DNA of 64,000 bases, from contig NC_042997.1 in NCBI RefSeq assembly GCF_006345805.1, forward strand, positions 79,546,001-79,610,000. Direction: 5' to 3'. Position numbers and translations under genes: made by a program. Below are positions 21,117 through 35,270 of the stretch, piece after piece. The DNA is from Octopus sinensis. Taxonomy: Eukaryota. How positions within the stretch are numbered: position 1 is the first letter of the stretch; the number at the start of each line of letters is the position of its first letter. The notes beneath the pieces were generated by a model, which saw only the letters and a program-made list of their open reading frames with translations, had not been told where the DNA came from and searched no databases.

Positions 21117-21283
21117 GCATAGGCGTGGTTGTGTGGTAAGAAGATACGTGGCTTACCTCCCTACCACATGGTTCCGGGTTCAGTCCCATTGTGTGGGCAC
21201 GTTAAGTGTCTTCTACTATAACATCGGGTCAACCAAAGCCTTGTGAGTTGATTTAGTAGAGGGAAACTGAAAGAAGCCCGTCG

Positions 21284-21340
<57 letters not shown>

Positions 21341-21490
21341 GTATATATTTACGTATGCGTGTCCTTGTGTTTGGGTTTGTCCCCCCCCATCACTTGATGA
21401 CCGATGTTGGTGCTTTTATGTCCCCATAACTTAAAAGTTCGGCTAAAGAAACCGATAGAGGCTTACATAGAATTAGTCCTGGGGTCGCTT
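21117..21490 (+). mobile_element. SINE family 1 copy with internal (TA)n
   Basis: GGTTGTGTGGTAAG...GGTTCAGTCCCA...GGAAACTGAAAGAAGCCCGTCG. Confidence 0.75.
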
Positions 21491-21650
21491 TCTTGAAATA
21501 TCCAGTAAAACTATAACTTTGTTTTGTTTACCTTATCTTTTTTGTACTTAACCGTATATCTTCACGTCGTTCCAGCCTTACCCAACAAGTCTCTTTAAAG
21601 TAATATCATACAATGCTTCACTAAAACTACTCTAGTTTAATATACATACA

Positions 21651-21718
<68 letters not shown>

Positions 21719-21926
21719 GTGTGTGTGAGTGTTTCGTTTTTGCATTTGGTTTACAAAATTCTTTATGTGAATTCGTGTGTTGAAGTATATTTTATTGTGT
21801 CTGAAGAGAGTAATTTCTTTTAGTAAGTTATTATTTAGCACACTCACTGGTTCGATTCATATACATACATACATACATAAATACATAAAACATATATACA
21901 TACATACATACATGCATACATACAAT

Positions 21927-21962
<36 letters not shown>

Positions 21963-21974
21963 ATAATATAATAT

Positions 21975-23503
21975 TAGGGTGATGTAAAATAACTTATTTC
22001 AAAAATTGAAGACGCCCCTAATTTATTTAATTTAGTGCAAAAAAATTAACATGCAAAATTTCAGCAGAATTGAAAACATTTTAGAGGTTACTACCATCCA
22101 CTGAACATTTTATATATTGTTATTTTTTCAGTTTGTAAATAAATACATTTATTTATTTTGCAGATTTCATCACTCTGAACCTCTTTCCGTAAACCTTCTC
22201 ATCCCTTTCATTACTATAGATACCGTGGCCGAACATTCTACAATCATTTCTTTGCTGCGTCAGTGTAAGTGCGGCGTCACTGATTCAGTATCGTTGTTGC
22301 CTTCGCTGAGAGTGGTTGTATAGAACTATAGCTGTGGCTGATTTGCACTCATGGAGCGGCATACACGTCACAAAACAGCTGTTTGGTTTATAGGACATCC
22401 TATAGAGTCCTTAAAAAAACTCAGCTTCCATCTAAGAGGGAAACATTAGCATTGTTTATGAACTACAAGAACAACAAAAAGCAACAGGTGATAACAGCGA
22501 CTTTGTCGACTGCGTGAAATGCTATGGAGGTGTGGGAAAAGGCACGCATCTCAACAATGTTGAAATGTCATGTCGTGGAGAGAGTAAAGAAACTTAACGA
22601 GTGGGAGAAACTAAAGAACAGAAATAATAATACGAAGCAATCATCTACAAAATTTCAAAAACTAGAGTGCTGGTAAAATGAATTGGAAGATCTGTTTGAC
22701 TTTGCACATGCAAGTGCACTTGACATGATAAAAATAGATGAAGATCGTGAGTTTTTGATGCTGCAACGACAAAAAGGAAGAAAACGCAAAATGGCTGGAG
22801 GGGATAAAGTTTTTTCACAAATGGAAGAGATTGCTAAAGAAAAGAAAACATTGCTTGAAAAGAAAAGAAAGAGGGAAACAGCCGTTTTCGAAACAGCAGT
22901 GCTCTTAGGTTCAAGTCCTTCAAATTTGAATCATGATAGTTCAACATCAGAAGAAGAATTTGTTGCTGACCCTCAGCAGATCAACTGCGAGACAAAGTAG
23001 ATCAAAGTCTAAGAGTGCAAAGCTTGTGGATTCTTCAGTGCTTGTACCTCATGATGCTGCAAAAGTAAGTGATAGAGCTGCTTCGCCAATCTTGATCCAA
23101 ACAATCAATGCTCTTGGACAAAACCCTGAAGAATGCAGTGTTAGTTATTCATCGATACGAAGAGCAAGACGATAGAACCGCAAGACAATGGTAGAAAGTT
23201 TGAAGCAGGATTTTGAAAAAAAATTGCCCTCTCGAAATACATTGGGACAGCAAACTAACAGAAAATGTTGAACGGCTGCCAGTTCTAATTTCCGGCCAAG
23301 GAGTTGATCAGCTTTTTGGTATTCCCAAACCTGCTAGAGGAACTGGTCAAATCATTACAGATACTGTCCACCTGTTAGTATTGGAGTGGAATATATCTGA
23401 CCAAGTGAAGGGCATGCCTTTTGACACCACTGCTTCCAACACAGTTTCTAAGAGTAGAGCTTGTGTGTTACTAGAGCAAAGATTGGATACAGATATGCTG
23501 TGA
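21975..23503 (+). mobile_element. hATm-like DNA transposon, left end + N-terminal half of transposase (degenerate)
   Basis: Terminus TAGGGTGATGTAAAA. ORFs 22683-23000 and 23213-23503 contain IHWDSKL...RLPVLISG...FDTTASNT...ACVLLEQ. The hATm subgroup label is from recall of TAGGGTG termini. Confidence 0.7.
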
Positions 23504-23930
23504 ATATTTTAAATCTCCCTCAAAATAAAATAGTTAGGAAACTTACATACCTACAGCTTTCGAACACAAAACCCTTTAATATCTACAACTACTGTGTGAA
23601 TACTTATCCTTCCCTTTCCCCCTGAGTGTTCGAAATCATTCCCCTTTTTATTCTAAGAACACTACCATTTCTCTCTGTGCGGTCATACAAAAGACCATGT
23701 TTAGTAAATCTACAACTTGTTTTCTTTTATTTTTAATCTCCCTGAGTATTCGAAAAGGTAAACATACTTTTCATTGCAAAAGTCCTACTTTATTCTCTAA
23801 CTGGACAGACAAACGTACATCTCAAGAAAACTTTAAAACTTTAATATATTACCCAAATACGTAAACACACCCTTTATTGCAACAACACAACTGAATTCAG
23901 AAATTCAAAAATTCAACGACGTGAATATCA
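23504..23930. repeat. Unclassified dispersed repeat (second partial copy at ~27735-27955)
   Basis: Shared CCTGAGTATTCGAAAA...CATTGCAAAAGTCCTACT...GAATTCAGAAATTCAAAAATTCAAC...GTGAATATCAG. Confidence 0.7.
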
Positions 23931-23953
23931 GTATATATGTGTGTGTGCATATA

Positions 23954-25227
23954 TCAGGTCATCCTATAAGTTCTGTCCGAATTTTGAATAAAGAAAACAA
24001 GTGATCAAATGTTATATTTAATTGAAATTTAATCATCAATATATTTTTGCTGATTATCTATGACTTGTTTCCATCTATTTACAAGCCTTTTAATCCCATC
24101 AATGTAAAACTCTTTTGGTTTTAAAGAGAACAACTCTGAAATGTCAGTTTCGACCTCCTCCTGGCTTGCGAAAGTTATGTCCCCCAAATGATTCTGTAAA
24201 CTACGAAACAAATGGTATTCTGAAGGAGCAAGTTCGGGAGAATAAGGTAGCTGAAGAATTTTTTCCCACCCAAGCTCTTCGATTTTCTGTGGTGTTATTT
24301 TTGCAGTGTGGAGTCGCGCATTGTCCTGATGAAACATCATTCCTTTTCGATTCATTAAAGTGGGTCTTTTTTCTTCAAAGCTTGATTCAAACGCTCTAAT
24401 TGCTGACAGTAGACTTGAGCATTAATTGTTGCTTTAGGTGGTAACAATTCAAAGTGAACTACTCCTTTACAATCCCCCCAGATTGAAAGAAGAACCTTTT
24501 TCCTATGAAGTTCCCTTCTCGGTTGTGGTTGAGCCTTTTCCCTTTTACCAAGCCACTGTTTACGACGTTTAACATTTCGATAGCAGATCCATTTTTCGCC
24601 ACCAGTCTATCAAAAATGGGTGAAATGAGTTCGTGAGAATGGAGGGAAGAGCAGATATCAACTCGGGATTTGCGGTTGCTTTCGAACAATTCATGAGGCA
24701 CCCATTTTCCAAGTGTAGGAACCTTTCCAGGTTGTTGAAGATGACGATGAACAGTCGTATGGCTTGAACTAAGCTTTATTTCCAATTCTTCAACTGAAAA
24801 CGCAGAATTTTCTACAAGTAATGCCTCATGGAGCTTATCATCAAACTCAACTGGACGTCCTGTTTGATCTTCAATTTCAAGGCTGAAATCTCCACTTCTG
24901 AATTTTGCAAACCATCTTCTGCAAGTTCTTTCATTCCAGCATTCTTTCCCATAAACTGAGTGTATGTTTCGAATCGTTTCGGCTGCAGAGTTTCCTTTTT
25001 CGTACTCATAAATCATTATGTGCCTCAAATGCTCTTTGGATACTTCCATGTTAGAAAGGGTTTTAATCAAAGAAACTTTAACTGTATTATTCTGTAAAAT
25101 AATATTTAATTAGTTTAAATGTACACAAATGCATTAAAATAATTTTAATTCCATTAGATATTCTAAAATACTATTAAATTTCCTTCAATTTAAAAAAAGG
25201 TAAAATCGAACAAAACTTATGGGATGA

Positions 25228-25232
<5 letters not shown>
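23954..25232 (-). mobile_element. Full-length defective mariner (DD34D) transposon
   Basis: TIRs TCAGGTCATCCTATAAGTT / AACTTATGGGATGATCTGA with TA flanks. ORFs 24459-25070 (HTH, WVPHEL) and 24029-24355 (FHQDNARLH, YSPELAPSEYHLF). Confidence 0.93.
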
Positions 25233-25272
<40 letters not shown>

Positions 25273-25282
25273 CTCTTTTTTT

Positions 25283-25670
25283 TTACTCTTTTACTTGTTT
25301 CAGTCATTTGACTGTGGCCATGCTGGAGCACCGCCTTTAGTCGAGCAAATCGATCCCGGGACTTATTCTTTGTAAGCCTAGTACTTATTCTATCGGTCTC
25401 TATTGCCGAACCGCTAAGTTACGGGGACGTAAACACACCAGCATCGGTTGTCAAGCGATGTTGAGGGGGACAAACACAGACACGCAAACATACGCACACA
25501 CACACATATATATATACGACGGGCTTCTTTCAGTTTCCGTCTACCAAATCCACTCACAAGGCATTGGCCGGCCCGGGGCTATAGCAGAAGACACTTACCC
25601 AAGATGCCACGCAGTGGGACTGAACCGGAACCATGTGGTGGTTAACAAGCTACTTACCACACAGCCACTC
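25283..25670 (-). mobile_element. SINE family 1, near full-length copy
   Basis: The minus strand reads GAGTGGCTGTGTGGTAAGTAGC...GGTTCAGTCCCACTGCGTGGCA...GGCCACAGTCAAATGACTGAAACAAGTAAAAGAG. Confidence 0.85.
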
Positions 25671-25679
25671 TGTTGACCA

Positions 25680-25718
25680 TATTATATATATAGATATATA
25701 TATATATAATATATATAT

Positions 25719-25773
<55 letters not shown>

Positions 25774-25810
25774 TATATATATGTATATATATATATATAT
25801 AATAATATAG

Positions 25811-25900
<90 letters not shown>

Positions 25901-25944
25901 TATGTATATATATATGTATATATGTATATATATATATTATATGT

Positions 25945-26026
<82 letters not shown>

Positions 26027-26035
26027 GTATATATG

Positions 26036-26084
<49 letters not shown>

Positions 26085-26155
26085 ATGTATATATGTATAT
26101 ATATATATATGTACATATATATATGTATATATATATATATGTATATATATATGTC

Positions 26156-26192
<37 letters not shown>

Positions 26193-26897
26193 GTATATAT
26201 TATATATATATGTATATTATATATATGTATAATATATATGTATATCTATATATATATATATGTATATATATATATGTATATATATATGTATATATATATA
26301 TATATATATATGTATATGTATATATATATGTATATATATATGTATATATTATATATATATATTGTATATGTTATATATATATATGTATATATATATGTAT
26401 ATATATATATATTATATATATGTATATATATATGTATATATATTATATATATGTATATATATATATGTATATATATTGTATATATATATATGTATATATA
26501 TATATGTATATATATATATGTATATATATATATTGATATATATATATGTATATATATATATGTATATATATAATGTATATATATATATATATATGTATAT
26601 AATATATAGATATAATATAATACATATATATATGTATATAATAGTATGTATATATATAATGTATGTATATATATATATATGGTATATAGATATATATGTA
26701 TATATATATGTATATATATATTATATATATATGTATATATATATATGTATATTATATATATATATGTATATATATGTATATATATTATAATATATATGTA
26801 TATATATATATATGTATATATATATGTATATATATATAATATATGTATATATATATATATGTATAGTATATATATATTGATATATATATATAGTATG

Positions 26898-26930
<33 letters not shown>

Positions 26931-26945
26931 GTATATATATATATG

Positions 26946-27006
<61 letters not shown>

Positions 27007-27028
27007 GTATATAGATATATATATGTTG

Positions 27029-27066
<38 letters not shown>

Positions 27067-27470
27067 TGTTATATATATATATGTATATATATATGTGTAT
27101 ATATATATATATATGTATTATATATATATGTATATATATATATGATATATATTGTCTATATATATATATATATACGTATATAATATATAGATGTTATATA
27201 TATATATATGTATATATATAATATATGTATATATATATATATATATGTATATATATGATATATAGTATAATATGTATTATATGTATATATATGTATATAT
27301 ATATATATATGTATATATATGTATATATATCTGTATATATATGTATATATATATGTTATATATGTATATATATGTATATATATTATATATATATTATGTA
27401 TAGATATATGTATATATATTGTATCTGTATATATATATGTAATATATATGTATATGTATATATATATGTG

Positions 27471-27502
<32 letters not shown>

Positions 27503-27657
27503 GTATGTATATATATATATATGTGTAGATATATATATATTATTATGTATCTATATATATATATATGTAATATATATATATTATATTATGTATATATATA
27601 TTATATATATGTATATATATATATATGTATATACTATATATCGATATGTATATATAT

Positions 27658-27690
<33 letters not shown>
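25680..27690. repeat. ~2-kb (TA)n/TATATG-variant microsatellite
   Basis: Almost exclusively alternating T/A with interspersed G or extra T. Confidence 0.97.
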
Positions 27691-27692
<2 letters not shown>

Positions 27693-28539
27693 GTATGTGG
27701 TTGTGTGTGTGTGTTATTAGTAAATCTTAAAAATTTACTATCTGCAACTTGTTTTCTTCTCTTTTTGACTATCCCTGAGTATTCGAAAATGTGAACATTC
27801 ATTGCAAAAGTCCTACTGTATTCTCCAATGGACAGACAAACGAACATCTCAAGAAAATTTTAAGACTTAATGTATTACCCAATATGTAAACACCTTTTAT
27901 TGCAATAACACAAATGAATTCAGAAATTCAAAAATTCAACTAAGTGAATATCAGTGTATATTTGTGTATACAGATTTTGTCTCTAATTTAATATAATATA
28001 TATATATATTATATGTGTGTGTGTGGTGGTGTGTGTGTGTGTGTGTGTGTGTGTTATTGTTTTTTCTACCTGTAATTACAAATAGTACAGATTGAATTGC
28101 TTCTTTTCAAGGCAGAGCACTCAGCAGCCACTGCTAGTAGTAAACACATTTGATCTCTGCTGACCCAAAGAGTGCAAAGATTCTTTTGGCTCTGTGGCTG
28201 ACCTCTCCACCATCTGCCGAATCTATTTATAAACCTGTTGAATATGATATATTTACCGAACTGCTGGCCAAGTATTTACTCCAACAATGGTAGTGGTGAT
28301 GATGGTGATAATGATAAAAATAAAAATAATAATTATATGCTGCAACTGCTGATACTAAATACTACTAATACTACAATAATACTACAACTACTACTATTAT
28401 GATAGCGCAGGAATCTGAAGCCCAACTACCACCCTTACCACTAACCCCACCCCTGTTGCTGTTGCTGCAATCATTGCTGCTACTACACATAAAAACAATA
28501 ATATCAGTGATATCAGTGATAATAATAATAATAATAATG

Positions 28540-28569
<30 letters not shown>

Positions 28570-28570
<1 letters not shown>

Positions 28571-30105
28571 AAGGAAATGTGTGGCGCCTCCTCATGGGCT
28601 GATTAATGATACATCTAGTGATGGTGTTACAATAAAATCATTGGTAATTGCGCAACCTGATAATCGCTACCTCATATTAGTGACAATGAAAAAACAAAAT
28701 ATTGTGAAACTGAAGCCATTGATGGTAATAGTGTTAAACCCTGTAGGCTCAGCGATTCTGGTCCGGCTCCAGCCTGTCGATATCCAGAAAGGGACCACTA
28801 CACACAGCGTAGATGGAGTGGTCATGGAGTGTTACTACCTGAGCAACCCGGTAGATGAAAATGGTGCTCAAATTAGGGTTTACCGACAACGTATGTATGA
28901 TGATCATTGGAGATAAAGGGATTGTTTCAACTCACGGAACAGAGACTATGTGATCAAGCTGGAGCAATAAGAAAAATTTGTTGGTTCACAGAAGTAGAGC
29001 TCGAAGCTATCAAAAGACGGGTTATGGAAAATAGCAGCAGAGATAACAATGAAAATGCAGTTCTTACTAATAAGAGTAATCTCATAGCACAGGAAAGGAG
29101 TAGTGATTGTTTACTTGATGAGAGACATATAGATGATCTAAAAGAAGACAATAAAACTAGTGGCGACATGACAGATGAACAAAAGGTAATCTACGACAGA
29201 ATAAAGGCAAGACTACAGGAGAACGATAGCGACATTATTTGCAACCATAAAAAGGTTGATCGACGGAAATAGAACCAAGAAACGAAAAATGTCAAGAAAA
29301 TTCTGAAATACATCAGAACAAACAACACAGAAACAAATAATTTGATCAAGGCAAGAAGTATTGTTGTAGCAGAAAACGTTGGTGTTGATATCAAGAAAAA
29401 GAAACATAATGGGAGTAACAAAAGAAAAGATCCATGGCGGAAAAGAAGAAACCAGCCGCTGTTAGACATGCTCTCGGAGGAAATATCTGTGTTACATCGA
29501 AAATAGAAAGGAGAGCTTAAAAGCAAACAAAAATACAGGGCGCTGAAAAGGAAGTATAATAATAAAAGGGCCTGAAAGTAGTAATGGAGGAACTGAAGCA
29601 GTACCTAGTTGCAAAGAAAGCAAACATGGTAAGATACGACCAAAGAATGAAGGGTTACCACCAAAACAGGTTATTCAGAGTAGATCAGAAGAGATTCTAT
29701 AAAGAAATAAACGGTGAGTGTACAGAGGAAAAGTTATACCAGATAGCATTGAAAGTCAAAGGTTTTGGAGTGACAACTGGAGCAAAGACAAGGAGCACAA
29801 AAAGGATGCTGAATCGTTGCAAGAACTGAAACAAACAGTAGTCTGTCCAAAACAGGCAGAACTAGTCATTTCAATTAGGGAAGTGAAAGAAATCAGCAAA
29901 AAATGAGCAACTGGAAGTTTCCGGGACCACATGGAGTTCAAGGATACTGGATCAAAAGATTCGGTGAATGTCATGCACAAATAGTTGCGCAACGTAACAC
30001 CTTGTTACACCAGAGTGGTTGACATTGGATAGGACATTAGTGTGCCTGAAAAACATCGAAAAAGGCAATACGATAGACAATTATAGGCCGATATCCTTTG
30101 ACTCT
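28570..30105 (+). mobile_element. Degenerate R4/Dong-like LINE, N-terminal part into start of RT
   Basis: Motifs LFQLTEQRLCDQA, YHQNRLFRVDQKRFYKEING, FWSDNWS, NWKFPGPHGVQGYWIK and NYRPI. (TAA)n tracts on both sides. Confidence 0.8.
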
Positions 30106-30156
30106 GTATCTTCTGGAGGAGTTACCTCAAGCCTTTATATATTAATAATAATGATA

Positions 30157-30215
<59 letters not shown>

Positions 30216-30234
30216 CTCAAATTTTGCCATAAGG

Positions 30235-30650
30235 GCAGTAATTTTGGAAAAGGAGATGAGTTGATTACATCGGTCCCAGTGTTCAGCTGTTACTTAATTT
30301 ATCGAACCCGAAAGAATGAAAGCTAAAGTTGATCTCGGCGAAATTTGAACTCAGAACTTAGCGAAATACTGCTAAGCATTTCGTCTAGCGTGCTAACTAT
30401 TCTGCCAGCTCACCGCCTAATAATAATAACGACGAGGGTCTCTGCTTGCTTGTGAAATTAACGTGCAAGTGGCTGAGCATTCCACAGACATGTAGTTCTC
30501 AAGGAGATTCAGCGTAACACAGATTGTAACACAGGTTGTTAGGACGCCGGGCAAAATGCTTAGTGCCATTTCGTTCTGAGCTCAAATTCCTCCAAGGTCG
30601 ACTTTGCCTTTCATCCGTTTGGGCTCGATAAAATAAGTACCAGTCAAAAT
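30235..30650. mobile_element. Two SINE family 2 copies in opposite orientation
   Basis: Minus copy at ~30235-30420 and plus copy at ~30535-30650, both with the GGTCGACTTTGCCTTTCATCC-type core. Confidence 0.7.
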
Positions 30651-30724
30651 TCCTGACCTTGTGCCTAAATTAAAAATCAGTATTGTATATATATAAAAGT
30701 TCTGAACAGCTTTCCAAATGTTGT

Positions 30725-30776
<52 letters not shown>

Positions 30777-30785
30777 ATATATATA

Positions 30786-32073
30786 TAGGGTGATGCAAAA
30801 AAGGGGTTAAAAATTCTTTTTTTCAATTTACAGGGAGACACCCTCTTTTTGTATTAATATTCCTAAAAAAGAATTTTATGCGAAATTTGGTGTTGAAAAA
30901 GTGAAAATTAGCGGTTGCTACCAAGTTTTAAAAATAAATGTATATCAGTTTGTGCATAAAAATATTGTTTTGTTTATATTTTCGCCGGAACTGCTTTGAT
31001 ATGTACCTAGTTAACCTAGTTTGAAACGATGACATTCTAGGCTATAGTACGCAGTGAGGTACAGCATATAGCGCGTTAACTTTCTTTTTATGTGGAAGTT
31101 TCCCAAATAGGCATATCATAACCACTTATGTAAGTTTATTTTTGTGTTTTGTGAAGTAAAAATGTTTTCTTGTTTTTGTTTGAGAGTGACGACCTGTAAC
31201 TTTTAACAATTTGAAGAAGGCATTGTTTCTGCTCTTGATACACCTCTTTCTGCAATGTTGTTTACCCCTTTGAGTCCATATGCGATATCTCTTGCATTCG
31301 CACAACTTTCATCATCATTCCATTCTTCAGCAACTTTTTCAAGAAAAGTGCAAGGCACCTCTAGGATTTCAAAGAATCTTTTTCTGTTGGCAGTAATGAA
31401 ATCCTGCAGTTGTTTCTCCCCAGCTGATTCAGGATTTATTGATGCTCGTTCGCTCGGTTTTGAGTCAACTGGTTTCTGCAGAGTATACTTCATTTTGTCT
31501 TTTGTCTCATGCGAAAGCAGCCGAATCAAAAAATGCAAGCGCTACAAGCTTCTCAGAGAGGTACTACAAATGTCTCAAAAACTTATTGACTGTAGCACTT
31601 GTAAATTTGTCATCTTTTTCCTTGTAGAGCTTAAGACTTTGCACAAAATGCAAATCAGAATGCGGGGCGCATGAGGGTATGAATGCCAGGTACCACGATC
31701 TGATTTATATCGCAGCTGAAAAGTAGCAAACATCTCTCAGTCCTTTTTCATCTCTTTCAGTTAGTTTAAACTGAGATTTAAACATCCAAATTTTAATGCA
31801 GTACATTAGCTTGGCCATCCATCGTGCTCTCTGGTAAGCTCCGGGTGCTTTAAAGCTGATTCTTGACTTATGGGTACTACTGAGGTACATGAGCGTTAGC
31901 TCGAGAAATTCCTTGTAGTCATCACGAGGCTGCTGTTCATCAAACTGCGCTTGAGCAAATTGAATGATTTCGTCAGCATCTGCGATTTTCTCACTGTTAG
32001 GATCATCTGTTGCTATCTGGTAATTGTTTTTGCCAATTTCCACCCACTTTGCTTTGAATCTCTTAAACAGTAG
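30786..32073 (-). mobile_element. hATm-like DNA transposon, C-terminal half of transposase + right end (degenerate)
   Basis: Terminus TAGGGTGATGCAAAA at 30786. Minus-strand ORFs contain LFKRFKAKW, QPRDDYKEFLEL, FKAPGAYQRARWMAK and VNNIAERGV. Confidence 0.75.
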
Positions 32074-32139
32074 AAGATGGCAAAGAGACAGAAACTGCAG
32101 CTTCTAACACTGTCCTGTCTTTTACTGTTTTTATCTTTA

Positions 32140-32530
32140 TTTGTACTGTTTTTTAAAAATTTATTTGTGCTGCTTTTACGTCCTGTTCTTGTGACCTTTT
32201 TTTACCCCTCCGCAAATTTTTTTTATTTAATTCGCTTTGCGGGAAGGACTGTTTCAACGTAGTCGTGTTCTGCCCTTACCTTCGAAACACGCAATGAGTC
32301 GAAACAGGGGCAGCTGAAGAAGGGGAATGTTCCTTGTGTTGTTCGTCTTGTACTCTGTTTTTTCGTTGTTAAAAAAGTCCGTTTCCTTGTTTTGTTTTTA
32401 TGTTTTCGTTTCTCGTTGTGTTCTACGTTTTTGTGGTGTCCTGTACTCATATATGCATGTATATATACATATAGATGTAGGTATGTACATATATGTATGT
32501 ATGTATGCATATGTTTTTATTTATTAAATT
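32140..32530. repeat. Unclassified dispersed repeat; inverted partner at ~35345-35765
   Basis: Shared GTACAGGACACCACAAA..CGTAGAAC..AACGAGAAACGAAAAC...TTTTTTAACAACGAAAAAACAGAGTACAA...CAGCTG..CC...ACAGGACGTAAAA in opposite orientations. Confidence 0.75.
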
Positions 32531-32614
32531 GTTATTATATGATCGAACGCCACGCGTCGTCTTCTTCCAAGTAAATTTTATTTATATATATATATATACA
32601 TATATTTATATTAA

Positions 32615-32992
32615 GGGCATTACTATCCATAAATGCCTCACGCTAGGAGGGACTCTTAAAGCCAAAATTACCATAATAAACGCATTGTACCGAACGCGAG
32701 AGAATGCAACTCTACGAAGCGAGCCTTTTAAAAACAGATTCAGCCGCAGATCATATGATTTCATAATTAGTACACATTTTTATATGTCTTGATTATGTCT
32801 GCACTGACGATTAAAAAGTGCATTTTTGTGCGCTAATTATTAAATCATATGATCTGCGACTGAATCTGTTTTCAAAAGGCTAGCTTCGTAAAGTTGCATT
32901 CCCTCACGTTCAGTACAATGTGTTTTTTTTTAATTGTAGTTTTGACTTTCAGAGTTCCTCCAAGCGTGAGGCGTTTATATATAGTAATGCCC
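32615..32992. mobile_element. Palindromic MITE with TTAA TSD (Kolobok-like termini)
   Basis: TTAA|GGGCATTACTAT...ATAGTAATGCCC|TTAA; the arms extend nearly to the centre. Confidence 0.85.
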
Positions 32993-33265
32993 TTAATATA
33001 AATAAATATGTTTAAAGGGAACAATTAATAATTTTTCCCTTTTGAGGTTTTTTCACGCTAACTACTTAATAAATTCTTATAAATATTTTATCCTATTGTA
33101 TATATACGTACATATATAATAATATATAATAATATAATAATAATGCAAACATTATCGATGACGCATACATCGTGTGTCTTCTTTCTATGCCCATTAGCCG
33201 CGAGATAGCGTCATGGTAAAAAGTATCTTCACAATAGCGAGTTTTATAAAACTCTGCAAGTCTCA

Positions 33266-33364
<99 letters not shown>

Positions 33365-33377
33365 GTGTATATTTCTT

Positions 33378-33417
<40 letters not shown>

Positions 33418-33637
33418 CACACACATACACACACACACACATATATATATTATTATAAGTGTGTGTGTATTGTTATATTTGAGGATGGTCATCATTTTTG
33501 CTACTATAGTGTGTGTGATTAATTGCCAAAAAATAAAGAAAAGAAAAAGAGAAGAAGAATGACCATCCCCAAATATAACAATATCTGTTTCAACGCACGA
33601 TACCACATCGAGAACCTTGCAAAACAGAATAAAATGG

Positions 33638-33712
<75 letters not shown>

Positions 33713-33765
33713 TGTATTATGTATGTATGTATGTATGTATGTAGTATGTATATATGTATTATATG

Positions 33766-33799
<34 letters not shown>

Positions 33800-34123
33800 G
33801 GTGTGTGTGTGTGTGTGGTGTATTCACATAAATAATCGTTTATGCGTGTGTGCAAGTATGTTTGTGTGTCTTTATCTCCCTCTCTTTCTGTCTCTCTATC
33901 TCTTTATCTCCGTCTCTCTCTCTCTCTTTCTCTCTTTCTTTGTGTGTGCGTACGTATGTGTATGTGTGTAATTTTTCAACTAATGGGTATATGTCAATTA
34001 GTGTGTTGATTAAAGCACGTTCACAATTTGGGATACCTGGTGTCATCTACGATAGGGGTATACTTCCTCTGGATCTACGCGAGGAATTCTGCGGTATTAG
34101 TTGAGATAATAATGATAATAATA

Positions 34124-34198
<75 letters not shown>

Positions 34199-34867
34199 TG
34201 ATGATGATGATGATATTAAACAAGTAAAATAATTAAAAGATATACATGTGTGTGTGTGTGTGTATGCTTGTGTTTCTGTGTCTGTTTGTCCGTGTGTGTG
34301 TTTATTTGTGTCTGTGTCTTTGTTTTTGTCCTTCACCACCACTTGATAACCGTTGCTGGTATGTTTACGTCTTCGTTAGGTAGCGGTTCGGCAGAAAAGG
34401 CAGATAGAATGAGTATCAGGATTTTTAAAAAATGAGTCCAAGGGACGATTCATTCCACTAAACATTCTTCAAGGTGGAAACCCGAATATCGCCACAGTCA
34501 AATTGGTGAAACAAGCAAAAGATAAAAGATACACACACACACAGACACACACAGACACACACAGACACACACACACACATACACACACACAACACACACA
34601 CACACACATACATACACTCACGCACGTATACATACAGATATGCACTCACACACACATATGCACACACGCACACATTTATATATAACAATATTTATTTCTT
34701 TCTCAACTAAAATATAAAAGCAATTAAACATAAAATCGAAGGATCATTCAATCCTGTAATGATAAGGATGACAATGACTCCGAAGTTTCAGTCTGGCCAT
34801 TGTCATCAAACGTCTCTGTTCTACCTTCTACTTATAAAAATTAATATATATATGTGTGTGTGTGTAT

Positions 34868-35225
34868 TCTTTTATTCTTTTGTTTCAGTCATATGATTGG
34901 ATAACCGCCTTTAGTTGAAGAAATCGACCCAATGACTTATTCTTTGAAAGCCTAGTACTTATCTATCAGTTTCTTTTGCTGAACCGCTAAGTTACAGGGA
35001 AGTGAACACACCAACATTAGTGGGGGGAACAAACACAGATACACAAATACATACAGATATATATACGTCAGGTTTCATTCAGTTTCCGTCTACCAAATCG
35101 GCTTTAGTCGGCCCGAGGCTATAGTAGAAGGCACTTACCCAAGATGCCATGCAGTGGGACTGAAACCCAGAATCATGTGGTTGGTAAGCAAGCTACCAAT
35201 CACACAGCCACTCCTGCGCTTGCGC
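34868..35225 (-). mobile_element. SINE family 1 copy
   Basis: Collinear with 25283-25670. Confidence 0.8.

Positions 35226-35270
<45 letters not shown>

Noticed and set aside
25633-27730. ORFs up to 228 aa of Y/I/C/M (also near 33.4, 41.2 and 46.6 kb)
   Set aside because: They are translations of TA, CA and TACA microsatellites.
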